Shown here: positions 58,411 to 64,000 of the stretch, in pieces | Position numbering within the stretch: the stretch's first letter is position 1 | Layout of the letters: each line of letters starts with the position of its first letter | NCBI GenBank assembly: GCA_965216295.1 | Contig: OZ244141.1 | Span: 429,772-493,771 of the forward strand | DNA: 64,000 nucleotides | Source: Minisyncoccota bacterium | GTDB taxonomy: Bacteria > Patescibacteriota > Minisyncoccia > Phycocordibacterales > JABAAK01 | Direction of reading: 5' to 3' | Translations under genes and position numbers: made by a program | The notes under the pieces: model-generated | What the model saw: only the letters and a program-made list of their open reading frames with translations | The model's database searches: none | What the model was told of the DNA's origin: nothing

Positions 58411-59144
58411 ACAAAAAACTGATTAACGAATCGTAAATCACCACTATAGAGGTGACGAATATCATCAATACCATGACGAAGTATAGCGACTCTATCAATC
58501 CCAATGCCAAAAGCAAATCCTTGATACATATTCGTATCTATACCAATCCGAGCAAGAACAAGTGGGTGCACCATGCCGCAGCCAAGTATCTCAATCCATT
58601 CAGAACTACCCTTTCGTTTCATATCAACCTCTAAACTAGGTTCAGTAAATGGGAAAAAACTTGGACGGTACCGTACATCAATGTCAGTACCAAAGAGTGC
58701 TGTGAGTAACTCATTGAGAAACCCTTTCATGTCAGAGAGTGTGATATCGGTGTCAACACACAACCCTTCTAATTGAAAAAATTGTGCTTCATGGGTCGCA
58801 TCTGTCGCTTCATTTCGAAATACTTTTCCAGGAGCAATAATACGAATCGGAGGTTTATGCTGTTCCATGAAACGAATTTGAACGGCAGAGGTGTGCGTGC
58901 GTAAGAGATTCTTCTTGCTCCCTCGTATCCAAAAAGTATCCCACATCTCACGAGCTGGATGACCTTTCGGTACATTGAGTGCATCAAAGTTATACCATTC
59001 AGTTTCTAACTCTGGGCCAGTCACCACTTTGTAACCCAAAGCACTACAAATCTGTACCATCTCATTGATAGTAGCAGTAGTGATGTGGGCACAACCAGCC
59101 CGCAATCCCTCCTTTTCATCATGTGCCCTCTGTGTGTGAACCAT
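58407..59144 (-). CDS. pheS: phenylalanyl-tRNA synthetase alpha subunit, catalytic core only
   Basis: Motif 2 FRNEATDATHEAQFFQLEG and motif 3 GFAFGIGIDRVAIL. 245 aa. A 4-nt overlap with pheT. Confidence 0.9.
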   Translation of the reverse strand: MVHTQRAHDEKEGLRAGCAHITTATINEMVQICSALGYKVVTGPELETEWYNFDALNVPKGHPAREMWDTFWIRGSKKNLLRTHTSAVQIRFMEQHKPPIRIIAPGKVFRNEATDATHEAQFFQLEGLCVDTDITLSDMKGFLNELLTALFGTDIDVRYRPSFFPFTEPSLEVDMKRKGSSEWIEILGCGMVHPLVLARIGIDTNMYQGFAFGIGIDRVAILRHGIDDIRHLYSGDLRFVNQFFV

Positions 59145-59225
59145 CTTCTTGTTGTATAGAAATCATGAGCAGTATAGCATGTGAGACTATAAAATAAGGG
59201 ATACGAGGCATATACTGGCAATACC

Positions 59226-59774
59226 ATGAAGGATCACGCGACAACCGACAGCATTCTCGTTGTAGAAAACATTCGAAGCACCTTTAATGTTGGTGGCCTG
59301 TTCCGTCTTGCCGATGCTGTCGGTATAGCAAAAATTATACTCGTTGGATACACACCACAACCAACTGACCGTTTTGGAAGAAACAATGAGAAACTTGCAA
59401 AGACAGCGCTTGGTGCAGAACAAACAATCCCCTGTGAGCACAGCGATGATGTGGTGGCAACACTCAGCGCTCTCAAGAAAACACACACTATCATTGCCAT
59501 TGAACAAGGATCCAGTGCTCTATGCTACACAAAACACCACTACCACAAGAGTGCTCCCAACGTTTTTATCGTTGGTAATGAAGTAGATGGAGTGAGTAAC
59601 CAAGCTCAAGCTTTAGCAGATGTACAGGTGTACATTCCTATGTACGGAGAGAAAGAATCACTCAATCTCACCACTGCTGCAGCTATTGTCTTGTATCACG
59701 CACGAATGGCTGAGCCACCTGTCGGATTCGAACCGACGACCTATCCCTTACAAAGGGATTGCTCTACCAACTGA
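59226..59774 (+). CDS. SpoU/TrmH-family RNA 2'-O-methyltransferase
   Basis: SPOUT blocks VVENIRSTFNVGGLFRLADAVG and VFIVGNEVDGVS...ESLNLTTAAAIVLY. The last ~20 codons run antisense through tRNA-Thr. Confidence 0.75.
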   Translation: MKDHATTDSILVVENIRSTFNVGGLFRLADAVGIAKIILVGYTPQPTDRFGRNNEKLAKTALGAEQTIPCEHSDDVVATLSALKKTHTIIAIEQGSSALCYTKHHYHKSAPNVFIVGNEVDGVSNQAQALADVQVYIPMYGEKESLNLTTAAAIVLYHARMAEPPVGFEPTTYPLQRDCSTN

Positions 59775-59785
59775 GCTAAGGTGGC
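59713..59785 (-). tRNA. tRNA-Thr (anticodon TGT)
   Basis: Minus strand GCCACCT-UA-GCUC-AGUUGGUA-GAGC-A-AUCCC-UUUGUAA-GGGAU-AGGUC-GUCGG-UUCGAAU-CCGAC-AGGUGGC-U. No CCA encoded. Confidence 0.85.
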
Positions 59786-59816
59786 ATTGGATGGCAGTAT
59801 ATCGCACAGACACCAT

Positions 59817-60218
59817 TTACACCTCTTTGTGATTATTTTGTTTCTTGTCACTCTTTGTATACTTGAATAACTTACGGAGATATGGAGAGCGCTTACCATG
59901 TGCTGTGATGATATCACCATACCCACGTGCTCTTCCACCAGTCCTCATAATACATACCTTTCTCCAAACACGACTCAATGGAGCAGTAATGGAAGGATGC
60001 ACTATTTCATTATTGAAAGTGCGTAAGTATTTCAATAGTGGCGCAGATAGTTTCTCTTGCATTATCACAAGCGATTGCTTTCTGCGAAGTATAAAACTAT
60101 CACCGTACGAACGAAATCGTTCAAATGCCCGACGCCCTGTCATCATTTCAATAGACAACAGAAAGAGATAAGCGGTGAGCAATGAAAGGATTACAAAAAA
60201 GATAATAACGACCAACAT
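59817..60218 (-). CDS. hypothetical small membrane protein
   Basis: The track ORF extends to 60326 and would overlap tsf by 95 nt. Trimmed to the internal Met (MLVVIIFFV...). Confidence 0.3.
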   Translation of the reverse strand: MLVVIIFFVILSLLTAYLFLLSIEMMTGRRAFERFRSYGDSFILRRKQSLVIMQEKLSAPLLKYLRTFNNEIVHPSITAPLSRVWRKVCIMRTGGRARGYGDIITAHGKRSPYLRKLFKYTKSDKKQNNHKEV

Positions 60219-60231
60219 ACTGTATAGAGTA

Positions 60232-60801
60232 TTATATCTCCCAAACGGTAAATCTGCCAATCTCAATTCTCTCTCCAAATTTGTGTATAGCACTTTCAAT
60301 AAGATCTTGAATTGTTTGCTTCTCATCTTTTACAAATGATTGTTCGAGGAGTGTGATCTCTCGAAGATATTCATCTACCTTCTTTTCTACATCAGCTGGT
60401 GTTCCATCTTTAGATGCTTCTTGTATTCTTGTAGTTATTTTCTGCAAACTTTCTTCGGAAATCTCATTACGAGAAACATGATGTGGTCGACAAGCAGCAA
60501 TGTGGAGTGCAATGTCATGAGCAAGTGTAATGAACTCTTCATTTCGTGCAACAAAATCTGTTTCACAAAACATCTCAACCATAGAACCTGTTGTCTTTGT
60601 GCTGTGTATGTATGATTGAATAACACCTGAGCCTAATGTGCGATGCGATTTCTTTGTTGCAACGTCTGCACCTCCCTGTCGTAGAACCTCACGCGCCTTC
60701 TCAATATCACCATCTGATGCCTTCAGTGCCTCCTGACATTTTGTAATAGAAAGTCCAGTCTCAGAACGAAGCTGTTTTATTTGATCAAAATTATTACTCA
60801 T
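60232..60801 (-). CDS. tsf: elongation factor Ts
   Basis: LRSETGLSITKCQEALKASDGDIEKAREVLR N-terminal UBA-like domain and the TDFVARNEEF core. Sits downstream of rpsB. Confidence 0.9.
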   Translation of the reverse strand: MSNNFDQIKQLRSETGLSITKCQEALKASDGDIEKAREVLRQGGADVATKKSHRTLGSGVIQSYIHSTKTTGSMVEMFCETDFVARNEEFITLAHDIALHIAACRPHHVSRNEISEESLQKITTRIQEASKDGTPADVEKKVDEYLREITLLEQSFVKDEKQTIQDLIESAIHKFGERIEIGRFTVWEI

Positions 60802-60843
60802 ACTCTAAATATGTTCATCGCGCAGACATCTCGCCACACGGAG

Positions 60844-61530
60844 TTAGTTGGTAGTAGTAGCTCCTCGGTAACGTTGCTGTACCTTATCAAGAATGTATTG
60901 TATGTTTTTCAACGAATTAATGTTGGTGACAACGGGATAGTCAATAGTACTGATATCAACGCAGGCATTAACAAGACCGACGATTGGAATACCCACTTTG
61001 CGAGCTTCAGCAACGGCAATTTTTTCCCGCTGTGTGTTGACGACAAAGAGTACGTCAGGTAATTTTTCAAGTTGCAAGATACCTGAGAAGCGGGTCTCCA
61101 GTTTGCCTAACTCTCTTTGTAAGAGTACACCCTCTTTCTTTGTATATTTTTGCCATGCATTAATCTCTTTTTCTCCACGAAGTTTTTTTAATCTCTCAAC
61201 ACGTTTCTTGATGACATCAAAATTTGATAGTAACCCACCTACCCAACGACCAGTAACAAATGGCATACCAAGCGCTGTTGCTGTTTCTTCAACGAGTTTA
61301 AGAGACTCGTGTCTACTTGTTGCAAACAGTATGGTGCTTTTTTTCTTGCCACACTCTTGCATAAATGTGAGAAGGCCATCAAGCTGTTTTGCCAAAATGG
61401 TTAAGTCAAACACGCTTCGTGTCGTGCGCTGATCTACAGATATAAAAGGAATGGTGGATGGATGTCGATGCCGACGAGACAACGCATAGTGTGCCCCAAC
61501 GTGTTGTAACTCCTGTTCTGTTTCCTGCAT
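60844..61530 (-). CDS. rpsB: 30S ribosomal protein S2
   Basis: GAHYALSRRHRHPSTIPFI and IPIVGLVNACVDISTIDYPV match S2. Canonical rpsB-tsf pair. Confidence 0.9.
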   Translation of the reverse strand: MQETEQELQHVGAHYALSRRHRHPSTIPFISVDQRTTRSVFDLTILAKQLDGLLTFMQECGKKKSTILFATSRHESLKLVEETATALGMPFVTGRWVGGLLSNFDVIKKRVERLKKLRGEKEINAWQKYTKKEGVLLQRELGKLETRFSGILQLEKLPDVLFVVNTQREKIAVAEARKVGIPIVGLVNACVDISTIDYPVVTNINSLKNIQYILDKVQQRYRGATTTN

Positions 61531-61565
61531 TACTGAAACATACTACCACAAATAGACTCAATGGC

Positions 61566-61605
61566 AAAAAAAATCCGCTGCTGTAACAATTTGCTACAGC
61601 AACGG
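61566..61605 (-). terminator. intrinsic terminator downstream of the transglycosylase gene and upstream of rpsB
   Basis: Minus strand CCGTTGCTGTAGC-aaattg-TTACAGCAGCGG followed by ATTTTTTTTG. Confidence 0.7.
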
Positions 61606-61671
61606 ATAAATATGGTAACTCACGGTTCAACATGAGGTGGACAAGATAGTAGTCTAATCCCAACCATACAT

Positions 61672-62811
61672 TCAGCTACTTCTTCTTTGAGAACGATAAC
61701 CCTTTGCGTAATTCTCTACTTTACGAAGATATGTCCACGCAACTGGAGTTTTGTACGATCTACCAGCGTGATATCGCCTAATCGCCTCAGAACGGTCTTT
61801 TTGAAACCCAAGATCTTGTAAGTAAAGAGCGATAAATGCAAAGGCGTCCAAAAGAACCCACGGATTTGATTTAGAACGATCGTTCAAAGCGACAAGGTTA
61901 TGTTTCTTCAAAAGTTGCATGATTCTGTCACGACTAGAATCGTAATACCAAGGACCTATGGAGAAGTGTAACTTATTAATCGCTCTACGTGTCTTATAAT
62001 TTAATACACCATCTGCGTGTAATGAAAAAGATTTTTGAAACTTCTTCAATGCATTCTTTGTTGCTGGACCAAAACTATTCGTCTCGTTACCGGGACTACC
62101 GTTTTTAGATTGAGCAACAAGAAAACCAATTTGGTTTAAAAACCTCTGCAGGTTTTTCACCTCATCATGGTTATCATTCAGAGATAGGTTTCTCGTGAGA
62201 AGTACCGTGTCCATCTTACAACTTTCTGTAAGAGTATTGATAAATCCGCCGTAACAAACCCATGTTGATGGTAGTACCTGTGCAATACCCATAGCACCAC
62301 CCCAACCATTTCCGTTGTGTCTGGGTGAAACACCCACACTCTCTGGTTTTTTTTTCAGAATGCTTGCAGTAAGTTGTGGAAATATCCGCTGATCACGCAT
62401 TGGATGCATATGACCAATGTAATATTCATCACCAGTATTATTACCGAAGTTTGACTCAATTGCTATTGTACTGATTAAAATTGCATGATCAACGCCAGTT
62501 ATACGTTCTACGTACCTAGCATACTCATCAGCAACTTCTTCTATAACTATAACCTTGCCAGTTATATGTTCTACGTACCCAGCATACTCATCAACAACTC
62601 CTTCTGTAACTTTTACACGATTGTCGTCATCGTCATTCTTTAATTCATCACCTACCGCAAAAGAAGTGGTTGGTGTGGGTATAAAAAATAATGACAGAAC
62701 CATTGCAAACCCAAAACAGGCTACAACAACTCCTTTCAGTGTAAAATTCATCACTAAAAACTTTTTTTGTTCAGGCGGTGATGATATATCCTGATGCATA
62801 TTTTGTAACAT
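61672..62811 (-). CDS. lytic murein transglycosylase (MltB/SLT_2-like) with PG_binding_1 domain
   Basis: N-terminal TM. GWGGAMGIAQVLPSTW matches the MltB-type motif. The C-terminal LQRFLNQIGF...ADGVLNYKTRRAI is a peptidoglycan-binding repeat. Confidence 0.65.
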   Translation of the reverse strand: MLQNMHQDISSPPEQKKFLVMNFTLKGVVVACFGFAMVLSLFFIPTPTTSFAVGDELKNDDDDNRVKVTEGVVDEYAGYVEHITGKVIVIEEVADEYARYVERITGVDHAILISTIAIESNFGNNTGDEYYIGHMHPMRDQRIFPQLTASILKKKPESVGVSPRHNGNGWGGAMGIAQVLPSTWVCYGGFINTLTESCKMDTVLLTRNLSLNDNHDEVKNLQRFLNQIGFLVAQSKNGSPGNETNSFGPATKNALKKFQKSFSLHADGVLNYKTRRAINKLHFSIGPWYYDSSRDRIMQLLKKHNLVALNDRSKSNPWVLLDAFAFIALYLQDLGFQKDRSEAIRRYHAGRSYKTPVAWTYLRKVENYAKGYRSQRRSS

Positions 62812-63037
62812 ACATGAAACCTCCTATATATAAAGAATCAAAAATCACATACCCTTCCCCACATCGCAAGCGAATAGAGAAAATGTACGCAACCTCATTA
62901 ATATAATAATATTTTTTTACGATTATGTCAACTAACCGTATTGTATTCCCTGAGTGCTCAAATGGTATAAAAAAAGGCTCGCTTTCAATAGTAACCTACG
63001 AAAGCGAAACCATAAGGATGATTACCTCACACCCATA

Positions 63038-63826
63038 TCATCCATGACATGAATTGAGCATATTCAACGTATTCAAATCAAGAACTCCGGAAAGATTATT
63101 GAGACCTATCCTTCTTTGAAACTGAATCAACGCTCCTTTTGTTTGAGGTCCAGCTATTCCATCAGCAGAAATATTCCTCCCTAAACATAAATTTAATGCT
63201 CGTTGCAACACAACCACCGATTCACTATAGGGACGGTGATTATCAAAACCATCAAATCTCAATGGACCACCAATATGAAGATTGCCGAGGTATATAATGT
63301 CTTTATTCAACAACATATTAGGAAAAATCCGGTGTTGTTCGACAAGTTTTCTAGCGTATCCTGTGTCTGTCCACATCAATGATGTCCACAGTGTTGCACA
63401 TTCCTCACTTCGAAAATTAAACGACATGTCTTCAAAAATGCAATAATCTATTGTATTCTTGTCATCATTTCGGTAGCGCTGAACAAAACCTGTAACAATC
63501 GTACGATACGAATCATTACAGTATTGACCAAGCACATAACGACAGATATCCTCTACCGCTATCTGATCATTCGGTTCAGTATTGAGTATATCCTCAACAG
63601 TGAGAATGAGAGATCTGTTACTAACCCATATGGGACGTGTTTGGTGTGCCTTCTCATCAGTATCTGAGAAAAGACCGATTAAATCAGTAGACACATCAAC
63701 ATTTCGAATAGACATTGCATATGAGAAAAACAAAACACCCATCATCATAATAATGATTTCTGGTGCGTTGTTAGAAAAAAAATTTCTCAATAGAGAGAAA
63801 TACTGATTTTTGTTTTTGAAAAGCAT
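63038..63826 (-). CDS. TM-anchored protein with C-terminal peptidoglycan-binding (PG_binding_1) domain
   Basis: VVLQRALNLCLGRNISADGIAGPQTKGALIQFQRRIG is PG_binding_1. The N-terminal domain is unassigned. Confidence 0.5.
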   Translation of the reverse strand: MLFKNKNQYFSLLRNFFSNNAPEIIIMMMGVLFFSYAMSIRNVDVSTDLIGLFSDTDEKAHQTRPIWVSNRSLILTVEDILNTEPNDQIAVEDICRYVLGQYCNDSYRTIVTGFVQRYRNDDKNTIDYCIFEDMSFNFRSEECATLWTSLMWTDTGYARKLVEQHRIFPNMLLNKDIIYLGNLHIGGPLRFDGFDNHRPYSESVVVLQRALNLCLGRNISADGIAGPQTKGALIQFQRRIGLNNLSGVLDLNTLNMLNSCHG

Positions 63827-64000
63827 ACTACATTTCCTCCGCAGTGAGTAGTAAAAGAAAAATTTTCAAACACTAATATCTGAAAAAAATATTACAGAAA
63901 ACTTTTGTAAAAATCTTCCGTGCTGTATGCAGAGTGCCATGTTTTATGAATACGTCAATAACTATCATTGCAATTAATATATATAAGATAAGAAAGATAT

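Noticed and set aside
59817-60326. Full-length 169-aa ORF overlapping tsf by 95 nt
   Set aside because: tsf is strongly supported. The upstream part of this ORF was trimmed to an internal Met, and the whole call remains low confidence.

Overview
This 64-kb window is a gene-dense stretch of a small, streamlined bacterial chromosome. The compact aminoacyl-tRNA synthetases and repair proteins, many short TM-anchored hypotheticals and roughly 40% GC suggest a CPR/Patescibacteria-like organism; that taxonomic guess is inference from gene content. Most genes lie on the minus strand. Housekeeping content: dnaG (partial at the window edge), rpoC, rpoB, alaS, mnmA, mltG, ychF, murE, uvrC, uvrA, rnhA, uvrB, lysS, proS, tyrS, dnaX, dus, ftsQ-like, serS, dprA, pheT, pheS, tsf and rpsB. 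Four tRNA genes are present: Pro-GGG, Ala-TGC, Gln-CTG and Thr-TGT. Several intrinsic terminators are visible. No CRISPR array, rRNA, transposase or integrase was seen.

Three things stand out:
1. An AT-rich three-gene block (21571-25663) bounded by tRNA-Pro and tRNA-Ala. It encodes a C5 cytosine methyltransferase translationally coupled to a GHKL (MORC/HATPase_c_3-like) ATPase that ends in a HEPN-like RNxxxH motif, plus a separate ABC/AAA_21-type ATPase. This looks like a horizontally acquired, possibly undescribed defence or R-M-like module.
2. A ~1.8-kb ORF-free interval (26333-28140) that carries a tandem array of 7-8 diverged modules. Each module has a GC-rich hairpin nested inside a longer outer stem. 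Both stems show compensatory base changes between copies, which points to a conserved RNA structure (an sRNA array or proliferated structured repeat).
3. An intact NlpC/P60 peptidase domain inserted in-frame into the B5 region of PheT. A C39-like papain-fold peptidase gene lies immediately downstream.
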